Below are positions 1 to 8,950 of a stretch of 38,145 bases of DNA, in pieces. The DNA comes from a virus. Lineage: Duplodnaviria; Caudoviricetes. A program made the position numbers and the translations under genes. The stretch spans positions 1 through 38,145 of the IMG/VR virus record IMGVR_UViG_3300036798_000409, one strand, 5' to 3'. Each line of letters starts with the position of its first letter. Within the stretch, counting starts at the first letter, position 1. The notes under the pieces were generated by a model. That model was not told the origin of the DNA and ran no database searches. It saw only the letters and a program-made list of their open reading frames with translations.

Positions 1-1049
1 GTGTCACCTGGCCCCTTGGCTTTGAGCTTGTTGTCGGCCCCGTCCATGTAGATGAAAAAGAAGCCAGCGCCCGGCGTTCCCGGAGCCGATACCGCCGGTA
101 GGGTAATCCCCTGCGTGCCCGTCCCCAGAACAAAGGCATTTGAGCCCGAGGCGAGGTAGAAAAGATTCACATCTGTCCCACCGACACCATGAGCTGTTAC
201 CGCCGTGTTGTTGGGCAAATCGATGGCCGCACCCGAGAACGTCCCGCCGCTGAGATCGAGGCCGTACACAGCGGTACTCGCGCCGCGAAAATCGCTGTCG
301 CTAACCTGAGTACCCGGCGGGACGAAGAACCCCACACGAGATGCCTTAGCGTTAAAGGGGTTCACCATAAAGCCCGCATCGATGATATGCGAACTCGCCC
401 CCTGAGCATTTGTAGCAAGGAAATCAACGGCGAAGTGGTTTTGGTTGAAGCTGGTACTAACCGGAGCGTCGCTGGTGCTGTTTTCGATGTCAGCCTCGCA
501 ACCGACCAAAAACGCCCACGCAGCCCCTCCAGTGTTCTGTCCGAGACAGACAACCCCATCGGCCTGGCCGCCTACGGAACCGACCTGCACCGTGGCATGG
601 AAGCGCCCGCCCTCGACAAAAGTGCCGAATCCGCCGTTGACATCCACGCCCTCGGCAATAATCGCCGTCGCGCGATCGCCGGCGGCGGTGCCGGTCATCG
701 TGTTCGAGACATACAGCGCGCCGTTGGTCTGGCTGCCGCTCGCTAGGCCTGTCCCATATTTCTGAACGATTGAAGTAGAGTTCGTCGTGTTGTCGGGGGT
801 GGCGACAGACCCCAGCGTGTAAACCGTAACGGCCCCAGAAACGGAACCGTTGAAGATCGGAGTTGCCGAAAAGTTGGGCAGTCCCGACACCATAATGCGA
901 TTGAGGGCAGACGCGGGAACCGGGCACCCGTCGATGAATGGCGGGGCGCTCGCGTTCGGGTTCGGTACGCAACCAACCTGAGCCCAGCTGGGCACACTCA
1001 CAAGCAGCGCCACCGCAGCAAGCAACCACGCGCGGACGACATTTTTCAT
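1..1049 (-). CDS. Tail/fibre-like beta-rich protein with N-terminal signal-peptide-like segment (3' truncated by window)
   Basis: Not in ORF track. ATG at 1049 overlaps the upstream stop (ATGA). Hand translation MKNVVRAWLLAAVALLVSVPSWAQVGC...YMDGADNKLKAKGPGD stays open to the window edge; Gly/Ser/Thr/Asn-rich. Confidence 0.75.
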   Translation of the reverse strand, partial: MKNVVRAWLLAAVALLVSVPSWAQVGCVPNPNASAPPFIDGCPVPASALNRIMVSGLPNFSATPIFNGSVSGAVTVYTLGSVATPDNTTNSTSIVQKYGTGLASGSQTNGALYVSNTMTGTAAGDRATAIIAEGVDVNGGFGTFVEGGRFHATVQVGSVGGQADGVVCLGQNTGGAAWAFLVGCEADIENSTSDAPVSTSFNQNHFAVDFLATNAQGASSHIIDAGFMVNPFNAKASRVGFFVPPGTQVSDSDFRGASTAVYGLDLSGGTFSGAAIDLPNNTAVTAHGVGGTDVNLFYLASGSNAFVLGTGTQGITLPAVSAPGTPGAGFFFIYMDGADNKLKAKGPGD

Positions 1050-3586
1050 GGCCCGAGAACCCCTCCTACCGTCTGACCCAGTATCCATTCCTGCGACACC
1101 GGATAGGGTAGTTGATAGCTAAGCACTTCGTCGCGCAGATTGATAGCGCCGAGCTGCAGCGCCGCCGTAGAAGCGCCCGCGATGGAAAGCCGCATCTGTC
1201 GGTAGACCAGAGGGTACGGCCACAGAATAGGACGCTGCGCCGGCACCGAGAACGGTCCGATCCATACATAGGCCTGAGCCAACATCACGCCCATGTCGTC
1301 GGTCACCGTGGCGAGCAGCTCCTCGGAGCCGGATACGAGCCCGACCAACACGGTCGTCTGGCTCATGCTAATCGCCATTTGACCAGGATTGTCCGGCAAG
1401 AGAGCCGTGGTGAAGACCCAGGTGAGCTGAGCGCCGAATTCGCTGTAAGCCGACGCCTGCGATGGGTTCACATCGCTACGGTAGAGACTCCCTCGGGCGG
1501 CCTGCGGTGCGCATAGGAACGTGTTGCCCCGCGGCAACGGCGCGATAAGGTCCATCAGCGATGTATGCGGCCCCGACCAGGTGCCGATGTCGATATGAAA
1601 CCAGAATTCATCCGTGCGCAGCGCCGTGCCCCACACGCTCGCAACCGCAGCCGGAGGCGTCCACCCTACGGTGACCCTATAGACGTTCTCGTTAAACGCA
1701 GCGGCGATCCGGGAATAGTAGAGAGTATTCAGGAACGGCAAGGTAAGGCCCTTGCCGTATGCCCCGATGGGGTCCGACACGGTGCCGTCAAAGCCGATCA
1801 GCCGCAGCCCATCGGTCGCGACGAACAGCAGCCCTTTCGGCGATGGCGAGAGGCTGTTCGGCGACAGGGTTCCGGTTGCAGTCTGAAGCGGATTGACCTG
1901 GATCGTTTGGCTAGCAAAGTCTCCGGTGATCTGCTGAATATTGCTGTCGCCCTGGAATACCATCAGGGATTGGATGATGCCGCCGAGCTGGGTGTTTAGC
2001 CCCAGCCCAGCCGCCGCAGTAACGGGGATCCCATTATCGAACGTAAGCGTCTGCGAGATGTTCGTCTGCTGGCATGGAAGGCCCGCATCGGACGCTTGCA
2101 CGCCGACGCTCAGCGGAATCGTCGCCGAACCGACATAAACATTCACTCCGTAATAGGCGCGATTGGCGAACTGCGAGACGAAGATTGCCGGCCCGTTTGA
2201 GGCTAGCGGATTGATGTTCAAATCCCCCGCCCCCCACAATGGCGCACCAGGAGTCCCGCCCGCTACGGTCAATGTCTCCAAGCTATTAGAGGATGTCGCG
2301 TTCTGCGACATGATGATGAAAGAGCCGGAAAACGTTAGACCGACGCCGCCGATGCTCGATACCGTGGCCGCCTGAGAGATCGTCACCGCATAGGCGGCCG
2401 GGTTGTAGGCGAGAACCGTTGATCCAGGCGGGATGCCTGGCCCCGACACCGTTTGGCCTATGGCGATAGCGCTCTCATATGACGCGCTCGTCAACGTCAG
2501 CGTTTGAGTGCCCACGACGGTAAGCGCGAACACCGGGAAGCTGACATTGTTGAAGCTGATAATTGTTGTGTTGGCTAGGATGCCCGCCCCGGTTATGGAC
2601 ATCCCAGGCTGTAGGCCGACTAAGTTTGGGGAGCCGGTGATTCCTGGAATATCTATTGTAGTATTCCCGATAATATTTGATACGGAAAACCCAGATATAT
2701 CAAGCCACCCAAATTTTATCGCAACCGGCGACCACGCAAAAAGTACAGCGCCGGTCGATGTGCCTGTCGCATTATTTGAAATAGTTATATTGGTCCCGTA
2801 AAATGCTACGGACACGCCCGATATATTCATCGTGAGAGCACTGTTGAATGTAATGGTCGTGCCCGCTACGTTAGATACAATCGCGTTTACTCCAGGGCCG
2901 ATCAATGCCTGGCCGACGGCGATCCCGGTTGCGCTCCCAACCATGACCGTGTTCGCGCCTGATGATCCCGATGCAGTGGTCATCACTGCTGTTGCCACGA
3001 TATTGGTGATCGTCGTATTCGCCGGAATGAGGCCACCAACCCCATCCGATACGAGCGAGCCGATCGCGGCAGAAAACAGAAATGGCCCCGCAAGAACGTT
3101 GGAGCCCGAGGCAATATTTGCCGTAAACCCGATAAAACTTGTGGGCAGCGACGCTCCTCCGGCAAACCCTGGATGGGTGAAAATCACCCGGCTGGTGATC
3201 TCGTCGATTGTCGGTGGCGTCCACTCTCCCGTCGCCAGCGGCGAGTTCGGCAGGTTCGCCGACGACAATCCGGTGATGGGTACGAATGCCCCCGACGCAG
3301 CGTCGTACATAAACGGGGCGTCCTTACCCGCAAATGCCTGCGTCGACGCGAACCCGAAAGCGGTGTTCCCAAGCGTCTTCAGCCCCGTCACCGGGCCGCC
3401 GTTGTAATTTGGAATAGCAGCTACCGATGTCATGGCAGGCCGCGGCACAAAAACCCCGGTGCTGTTCGGCTGCCGGATCACGTTCTGGAGTTGCGACATC
3501 GCCCCCGCGAAGGCGTCCGATCCGTCGACAGCATCGGAGAGTCCCTTGGGCGACCAGCGGCGAGGCTTCTGGTTCTTGCCGGGCAT
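1046..3586 (-). CDS. Tail/head-closure (stabilisation or nozzle-like) protein with inserted beta-rich modules
   Basis: 846 aa, downstream of adaptor. C-terminal half is propeller-like (GTLSPNSLSPSPKGLLFVATDGLRLI); carries GxGIPxxTTI modules. Confidence 0.6.
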   Translation of the reverse strand: MPGKNQKPRRWSPKGLSDAVDGSDAFAGAMSQLQNVIRQPNSTGVFVPRPAMTSVAAIPNYNGGPVTGLKTLGNTAFGFASTQAFAGKDAPFMYDAASGAFVPITGLSSANLPNSPLATGEWTPPTIDEITSRVIFTHPGFAGGASLPTSFIGFTANIASGSNVLAGPFLFSAAIGSLVSDGVGGLIPANTTITNIVATAVMTTASGSSGANTVMVGSATGIAVGQALIGPGVNAIVSNVAGTTITFNSALTMNISGVSVAFYGTNITISNNATGTSTGAVLFAWSPVAIKFGWLDISGFSVSNIIGNTTIDIPGITGSPNLVGLQPGMSITGAGILANTTIISFNNVSFPVFALTVVGTQTLTLTSASYESAIAIGQTVSGPGIPPGSTVLAYNPAAYAVTISQAATVSSIGGVGLTFSGSFIIMSQNATSSNSLETLTVAGGTPGAPLWGAGDLNINPLASNGPAIFVSQFANRAYYGVNVYVGSATIPLSVGVQASDAGLPCQQTNISQTLTFDNGIPVTAAAGLGLNTQLGGIIQSLMVFQGDSNIQQITGDFASQTIQVNPLQTATGTLSPNSLSPSPKGLLFVATDGLRLIGFDGTVSDPIGAYGKGLTLPFLNTLYYSRIAAAFNENVYRVTVGWTPPAAVASVWGTALRTDEFWFHIDIGTWSGPHTSLMDLIAPLPRGNTFLCAPQAARGSLYRSDVNPSQASAYSEFGAQLTWVFTTALLPDNPGQMAISMSQTTVLVGLVSGSEELLATVTDDMGVMLAQAYVWIGPFSVPAQRPILWPYPLVYRQMRLSIAGASTAALQLGAINLRDEVLSYQLPYPVSQEWILGQTVGGVLGP

Positions 3587-4779
3587 TACCGCATCCTCCG
3601 GGCTCGGATCTCGCCGAACGCAGACACCCCAGCGCCAGCGCCCGTAAAAGAGACTTGTGCCAACAGGTAAATGGTGCTGGTTCCCGTGGCGTTTTGCTGC
3701 AACGGGCCGTGGGGCAAGATTGTGAACTCACCGTTGAGGCCGGTAACCGCGGATCCCCACTCGAACGGGAAACTGTCAATTACCGGACTCGCGGTCGAGC
3801 TCGCCGACACCCATCCTGCCATGCTCACGATGGCTGGCGAACCCGACATAGCCAATGCCGTGTCTCCATAAACATCCCAGTCTCCGGCCGTCAAGGGCAC
3901 GCTCGTCACGACCGTAATGACGTTTGACGAGAGCGCAAGGGCCGCGCCGGATGTGACCTTGGCGCTGATGAGCTCGCCGACATCGCCCGCAGCGGCGCTC
4001 GAGCCATCGGTGATCCCCTTGACCTTGATGTTCGTCACCGTGATGGCAGTGGTGCCGCTGCCGCTCGCGTAGCCCGCCAGGGTGATGGTCTGGTTGCCGG
4101 TCAGGTAGTTTTGATTCGTCGCCGCGGTCACGAGCCCCTTGGCGTTGAGGGTAAGGCCCTGGAATACCCCGGTGTTGGCATTGACGGTCGCGAGCGTCAC
4201 CGTGATCGCCGTCGTCCCCGATCCCGTGGCATCGCTCGAAAGGGTAATCGTCTGGTTGCCCGTCAGATAGCCGGCGTTTACCGCCGTGGTCGCTTGTCCC
4301 TGGGCGTTGAACGTGATGCCCTGATACGAGGCAGCCGTGATACCGGTGTTCGAGATCGCGAACGAGCCCGTCTGGGTGATCGTCGTTGGCGTCGCGATGA
4401 GCCCGGTTCCGGCCGTCAGGCTCGTCACGGTCCCGCCGCTGCCGGCCGCCGAGATCGTGATCAGCCCCGTCGTGAACGTGAGCGTGACGCCAGAGCCGGC
4501 CGTCAATGCGGTCGGAATCGGCGCCGCCGCTACGCCGCTCGCATTCGCGAGAATGAGATGCGACGAGATGGCGCCGAATGTCGTGCTGACCGACGTCGTG
4601 CCCGAACCAGTCACCGCGCCAGTGAGCGCTATGCTCTGATTCGCCGAGATCGTCGATGGGTTCGTGCCGCCAGAAAAGGTGACCATCTCCGCGAAGATGG
4701 TCGGAACCCCAATCGTCTCAGGAAGGAAGACTTGGATCTGCCCCGAGTTAGTCTGAACGATGCAGGGCTGGAGGGCCAT
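3586..4779 (-). CDS. Tail fibre-like protein
   Basis: 397 aa, Thr/Gly-rich. Internal repeats YLTGNQTITLxxxAxGSGTTAITVT, GGTVTSLTAGTGL motif, C-terminal domain ending IRARRMR. Confidence 0.7.
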   Translation of the reverse strand: MALQPCIVQTNSGQIQVFLPETIGVPTIFAEMVTFSGGTNPSTISANQSIALTGAVTGSGTTSVSTTFGAISSHLILANASGVAAAPIPTALTAGSGVTLTFTTGLITISAAGSGGTVTSLTAGTGLIATPTTITQTGSFAISNTGITAASYQGITFNAQGQATTAVNAGYLTGNQTITLSSDATGSGTTAITVTLATVNANTGVFQGLTLNAKGLVTAATNQNYLTGNQTITLAGYASGSGTTAITVTNIKVKGITDGSSAAAGDVGELISAKVTSGAALALSSNVITVVTSVPLTAGDWDVYGDTALAMSGSPAIVSMAGWVSASSTASPVIDSFPFEWGSAVTGLNGEFTILPHGPLQQNATGTSTIYLLAQVSFTGAGAGVSAFGEIRARRMR

Positions 4780-4782
4780 CCA

Positions 4783-5112
4783 TTAGACGTGGTGCGTCAG
4801 CAGATACCAGGCCACCGACGCCAGCCCCCCCATCATCAGGACGCACGCGGTCCCCGACGCCTTCAGGATCATGGCGTTGATGGAGGATGTCTGCTGGTCG
4901 AGAGCGCGGCCCATTTCGCTACGGAGTGCCATGAGCTGCTCCGTTCGTTTGGTGTCATTCTCCGCAACCTGGCGAGAGAGACCGTCATGCCGCTCGATAT
5001 AGGCCGAGTACCGATCCCGACACTCCTCGAGGTGATGCTGCAACAACATCTCTAAGCCTACAAGCTTGCCACCACCACTTGAGAACATCTGGCCACGCCT
5101 AAACGAAATCAT
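4783..5112 (-). CDS. Coiled-coil protein with C-terminal transmembrane segment
   Basis: Helical charged body followed by hydrophobic ACVLMMGGLASVAWYLL; stop abuts the next gene. Start may be the ATG at 5088. Confidence 0.55.
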   Translation of the reverse strand: MISFRRGQMFSSGGGKLVGLEMLLQHHLEECRDRYSAYIERHDGLSRQVAENDTKRTEQLMALRSEMGRALDQQTSSINAMILKASGTACVLMMGGLASVAWYLLTHHV

Positions 5113-5180
5113 ACGGCAGGCCAGTGTTGCGAGTTTCCCAATTGAATGTCAACCAGCAATAACGTGAAAAGATCGTGAAA

Positions 5181-5378
5181 TTACCAGCGACACTCGTGCG
5201 GATGCTCCCTGCACCACCATTCGTGGCGACGATGCTCTTCCTCGCGGCGACGATGCTCCTCGCGCCATTCCATGTGACGCTCCGCATCGCCCCATACGCC
5301 AGGCGGCATCCAATGCTCATCGGCCCGCGCCGGCGAGGCGACCAGAAGAGAAAGCAACAACAGTAGTGCGTAAATCAT
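5181..5378 (-). CDS. Small secreted Glu/Arg/His/Trp-rich protein
   Basis: MIYALLLLLSLLVASPARA|DEHW... has a hydrophobic core and an AxA cleavage motif; starts just after the adaptor stop. Confidence 0.6.
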   Translation of the reverse strand: MIYALLLLLSLLVASPARADEHWMPPGVWGDAERHMEWREEHRRREEEHRRHEWWCREHPHECRW

Positions 5379-5380
5379 AC

Positions 5381-6358
5381 TCACCATCCGATGGTTTTTG
5401 TGTTGTTCAGCTTCGAGAAGGCGCGCCCGAACCGCCGCCTGTCAAGGATTACCGTTTGCGCCCGGTTCGTCTTGTCGCCCTCAAACGTCTCGTACGCGCC
5501 GAGCTTCTTCTCCGCTTGCGCCAAGAATTCCTTGCGCCGCGGGTCGGTCGTCGACGAGCTGAGATCGGCGGACAAGCGATCGATGAGGTAGGCCTGATCG
5601 GGGAACCATGGGACGCGGGTGAAATCAAGCAGCGGCGGCATCAGGCGCTGGTAGCGCAGAATCGCGGGGAACGCGCCGGAAGGACCCGGATAGACGTAGG
5701 CGTTCGGCTGTGTGCCGAACATAATGGCGGCGGCGCCGGCACCGGTGACTGATTGGAACGTCGCCGTCGCGGCAGCCGACATCGTGACCGTCTGGTTGCT
5801 CGAGGTGATTGCCGTGATGGTCGCCCCAGCCGGCACACCATTGCCGGCGAGCCCTTGGCCCGTGATCATGTAATTGACGGACGCACAGGTGATCACCGTC
5901 GAGGTCTGGCTCATCGCCGCCGTCGTGGTGCCGACGATGTAATCAGCCGCAGTTGACTCGGGGCTCAAGTCCGTCGCGTAGGCGTAGGGCAGATTTTGAA
6001 TGCCGGGTTGCTGAACCTGCATGTCGATCCGGCCGAGATCCCATGGCTGTAGCGGATAGGGTACGCCGTTGAAGACATAGAAAAAGGCATATTGCACGCC
6101 CTCCGATCCGGAGGTTTCCGAGGTGCGGAGGAAGTCGAGCGGCAGCGGGTAGGGGCCGCCAAAGTTGGTTATTCCGCCGACCGTCGTGATCAGGCCTGGG
6201 TTCAAAGTGAAGTAATAGACGCCGCGAGCGGCCGAGAAGCTGTGCTTCAGGCACAGCTCATCAAGTATGATCTGTAGCTTATTCTGCCCCGCGACAAGGA
6301 AGCCGGGAGCCTGTACGTCCTGTGTCGCCTGCGTGATGAGTTGATTGGCGTTCAGCAT
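5381..6358 (-). CDS. Head-tail adaptor-like protein with inserted beta module
   Basis: Helical N-terminus (NANQLITQATQ...LQIILDEL), YPLPLDFLR and YVYPGP motifs typical of podophage adaptors; position after capsid genes. Confidence 0.6.
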   Translation of the reverse strand: MLNANQLITQATQDVQAPGFLVAGQNKLQIILDELCLKHSFSAARGVYYFTLNPGLITTVGGITNFGGPYPLPLDFLRTSETSGSEGVQYAFFYVFNGVPYPLQPWDLGRIDMQVQQPGIQNLPYAYATDLSPESTAADYIVGTTTAAMSQTSTVITCASVNYMITGQGLAGNGVPAGATITAITSSNQTVTMSAAATATFQSVTGAGAAAIMFGTQPNAYVYPGPSGAFPAILRYQRLMPPLLDFTRVPWFPDQAYLIDRLSADLSSSTTDPRRKEFLAQAEKKLGAYETFEGDKTNRAQTVILDRRRFGRAFSKLNNTKTIGW

Positions 6359-6361
6359 CGC

Positions 6362-6910
6362 TCATGCCGCGAACCGCATCTCGTCGATTACGTCCTCGAG
6401 CTCCTTGGGCTTCACCGGCAATTCGCGGCCGGCGAGTTGCGCGTCGAGGCAGGCGATCTCCCATTCGATGATCGGCACGTCGCGGCGGAAATTGCGGAGC
6501 GCCATCACGCCCTGCTCGATCTGGTCGTCGAATTTCTTGAGCTCGCCCTCGTCCTTTTCCGACAGCTTGAAGTCGAGCCGCCGGCCCGACTTCCGATGCA
6601 GCGCCTCGCGGGTCGCCACATACGCCGCGCGCTGCGCTCGCATGCGTTCCACGTCGCGCTCAGTTTCGATCGGCTGCGCCCGCGCCACCTGGAGGGCCTC
6701 CAGCTTCTCGGCCTTCTTGACCTTCAGGTTCTCGCGATCGCTGACCGCAGTAATCAGGTCCATCGCCTGGAAGAAGTCTTCCTTGCTCGCGGTAAGATCC
6801 ATGGCGAAGCTGAAGGCAAGGTCGTCCTTGCCCTGCTTTAGAATGACTCTACGCTGCACCCCGAGCGAGGAAACCGGGAGCGGCGTCTCGACGGCGGGCA
6901 CACCGGTCAT
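6362..6910 (-). CDS. Hypothetical coiled-coil protein
   Basis: ATG 6910 overlaps the upstream TGA (ATGA); 182 aa, charged and helical. Confidence 0.65.
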   Translation of the reverse strand: MTGVPAVETPLPVSSLGVQRRVILKQGKDDLAFSFAMDLTASKEDFFQAMDLITAVSDRENLKVKKAEKLEALQVARAQPIETERDVERMRAQRAAYVATREALHRKSGRRLDFKLSEKDEGELKKFDDQIEQGVMALRNFRRDVPIIEWEIACLDAQLAGRELPVKPKELEDVIDEMRFAA

Positions 6911-7647
6911 GCGGGGCTCCCATCCGGGTTGAGCGGAATGTGGACATTGCCGAGGCCCATCGCCCGGCCGAGCATCCAGCGGCGACGGCGCATGTTCTGA
7001 CCCTGGAATTCGAGCTCGTGCTGCGCGGCGCGGTACAGCATTTCGCGCCGACTGTCCCACTGTGCCCGAGTCATCTGGTAGCGCATCCCGTGCAGGTAGA
7101 CCACACCATCGATCCGTAGGCCGATGTCTGCGATCTCGCCATGCTCACCGGCCGGCGGCAATTCGATCAGCGCCGTGACGATCTCGGCGTTCCGCTTGGC
7201 GACAGCCATCGCCTCGACGGTCGCGGCCGGCACGAGTCCCGCCTCCATGCGCGCGGCGTTGAGTGCCGCTTCCTCGGCGGCCTTGCGCTTGGTCTTGCGC
7301 TTCTCGGCCAGCGCCTTGGCGAGCTGCTCGGCATAGATGCGGCCGAGCTCTTCCATGCCCAGCAGATCGCGCGTCTCCGCGTCGATGCTGACCAGGAACA
7401 ATTGAAACGGGTCGGCAGGATCGACCGACGAGAGAGGAGCCTCCTCGCCGACGTGCTCAACCGCCGACCCGTAGAGGCCGGCGGCGAGTCCGACCTCTTC
7501 CCCCACAATCTCTTCAGCGATCGCCGCAAGCGGCGTGCCCCTGTCGGTTTTCCGCGCTGCCTTGGCTGTCGCGTTCGCCGAGCGCGTCGCCGCCGCCTTG
7601 GCCCGCGCCTCCCGGCGCTGCTCGGGTGTCCAATCCTTGAAGCTCAT
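6907..7647 (-). CDS. Hypothetical protein
   Basis: 246 aa, ATGA-coupled at both ends; basic Ala-rich N-terminus. Confidence 0.7.
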   Translation of the reverse strand: MSFKDWTPEQRREARAKAAATRSANATAKAARKTDRGTPLAAIAEEIVGEEVGLAAGLYGSAVEHVGEEAPLSSVDPADPFQLFLVSIDAETRDLLGMEELGRIYAEQLAKALAEKRKTKRKAAEEAALNAARMEAGLVPAATVEAMAVAKRNAEIVTALIELPPAGEHGEIADIGLRIDGVVYLHGMRYQMTRAQWDSRREMLYRAAQHELEFQGQNMRRRRWMLGRAMGLGNVHIPLNPDGSPA

Positions 7648-8249
7648 GTAAACGTCCAGATGCTGCCGCTGAGAGCGACCGAATTCCCCGACACCAGGAT
7701 CGGCCAGCCGAAGTTGTCGATCGCCACATAGTCGCCCGGCAGAACCTTGAGCCAGCCGCGGTTCGGGACATAGAGGAGGCCGTTCGGCATAAGGCCAGCA
7801 TTCTCCATGCCGGGCTCGTTCTGCCGCACGAAGGCGACGAAATTGCCGGTCGTCGTGGTCGTGGCGTTCTGGCTCATCACGACGGAATTGCTCGTCGCCG
7901 ACACGACATAGGTGCCGGCTGGCACGCCCTTGCCGAGCACCGCGTCACCCGCAGCGACCTGCGTGATGGCGTTCGAGCTCGGGCCGATCGTCGTTACCGC
8001 CGTCATCGAGGTCGTCGCGTTCGTCACCGTCGCTTGCGCGAGCACCGCCGTCACCCCGAAGGTGTAGCCTTGCAGGATCGTCGCGGTGCTCGACGGCGTC
8101 AGCCCGCCAAGCCCATAAACCAAATCGCTCGTGACCGAGAAGTTGAGCTTGCCCAGATCCTGGTTGATCGTGCTCGTGACGCCGCCCGTCCAAGCCGCCG
8201 AGGCAATCAGCGCCGTGTTGGTTACCGTTCCTAGAGTGTGTAATGCCAC
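7644..8249 (-). CDS. Virion structural/decoration protein
   Basis: 201 aa, Thr-rich, with GKGVPAGTYVVSATSNSVVMSQNAT module; GTG start. Confidence 0.6.
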   Translation of the reverse strand: MALHTLGTVTNTALIASAAWTGGVTSTINQDLGKLNFSVTSDLVYGLGGLTPSSTATILQGYTFGVTAVLAQATVTNATTSMTAVTTIGPSSNAITQVAAGDAVLGKGVPAGTYVVSATSNSVVMSQNATTTTTGNFVAFVRQNEPGMENAGLMPNGLLYVPNRGWLKVLPGDYVAIDNFGWPILVSGNSVALSGSIWTFT

Positions 8250-8259
8250 TTGGTTACAC

Positions 8260-8631
8260 TCACGGGTTGCCGATGGCCCAGTTCTGAATTTGGGTGATCG
8301 CGGCCGAGTTGATCATCGGCGTCCCCGATGCCCCCGCGATGTCGTTGATGCAGTTCGACAGCGCCGTCAGGATGTTCGCCACCGTGACGGACACTTCCGA
8401 CCCGGCCGCGACCGGCACCGGTTCGCCGGCGATGTACTGCGCCACCTGAGAATTGAAGATCGTGCGCGGGTTGGTCCCCGCCGGAGGCGCAACGCCATAC
8501 TGCCCGGAAGCCACGGCCGCCACGGTCGGCTGACCCTGGCCCGGGACGTTGGCCTGAAACTGGCCGAGGAACGCCGGGTTGGCGTTGGGCGCCCAACCGA
8601 TCCGCACCTCCATCTCTACGATTAGCGGCAT
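8260..8631 (-). CDS. Putative virion protein
   Basis: 123 aa, preceded by AGGTAGGA, within the head gene block. Confidence 0.6.
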   Translation of the reverse strand: MPLIVEMEVRIGWAPNANPAFLGQFQANVPGQGQPTVAAVASGQYGVAPPAGTNPRTIFNSQVAQYIAGEPVPVAAGSEVSVTVANILTALSNCINDIAGASGTPMINSAAITQIQNWAIGNP

Positions 8632-8637
8632 TCTGTC

Positions 8638-8772
8638 CTACCTTTGCCGGGGGTTGAGACTGTAGCCCGACCTGCGCCGGCCACTTTTGGAATCCGGCCG
8701 CTCTTGAACGACCGACTGCATTTTGGTGCTGCCGGGGGCTGGTCGCGGCCGCCGTGCTATTGACCTTGCCAC
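8638..8772 (-). CDS. Small basic protein
   Basis: GTG at 8772 after GAGGGAG; MARSIARRPRPAPG...NPRQR, 44 aa (3' part of the tracked 8638..8931 frame). Confidence 0.45.
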   Translation of the reverse strand: MARSIARRPRPAPGSTKMQSVVQERPDSKSGRRRSGYSLNPRQR

Positions 8773-8773
8773 G

Positions 8774-8950
8774 CTACTCTCCCTCGTCCTTTGCGGCCTT
8801 ACCCCGCTTCGGCGGCTCATCGGACTCGGCGAGGGCGCGCGTAGCAAACGCCGCCGCCATCTCTTGCATCGCCTGTTCGAGCTGGGCGACGCGGCCCGCG
8901 AGCAAGATGATGCCGCGCTCGCAGTCGGCAATCCGGTCAGCGACTAGCAT
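8774..8950 (-). CDS. Small coiled-coil protein
   Basis: Not in track. ATG overlaps the capsid stop (TGATG); MLVADRIADCERGIILLAGRVAQLEQAMQE...DEGE, 58 aa. Confidence 0.6.
   Translation of the reverse strand: MLVADRIADCERGIILLAGRVAQLEQAMQEMAAAFATRALAESDEPPKRGKAAKDEGE

Noticed and set aside
4030-4330. Internal repeats in the tail fibre gene as a special element
   Set aside because: Ordinary degenerate protein-level repeats of a fibre shaft.
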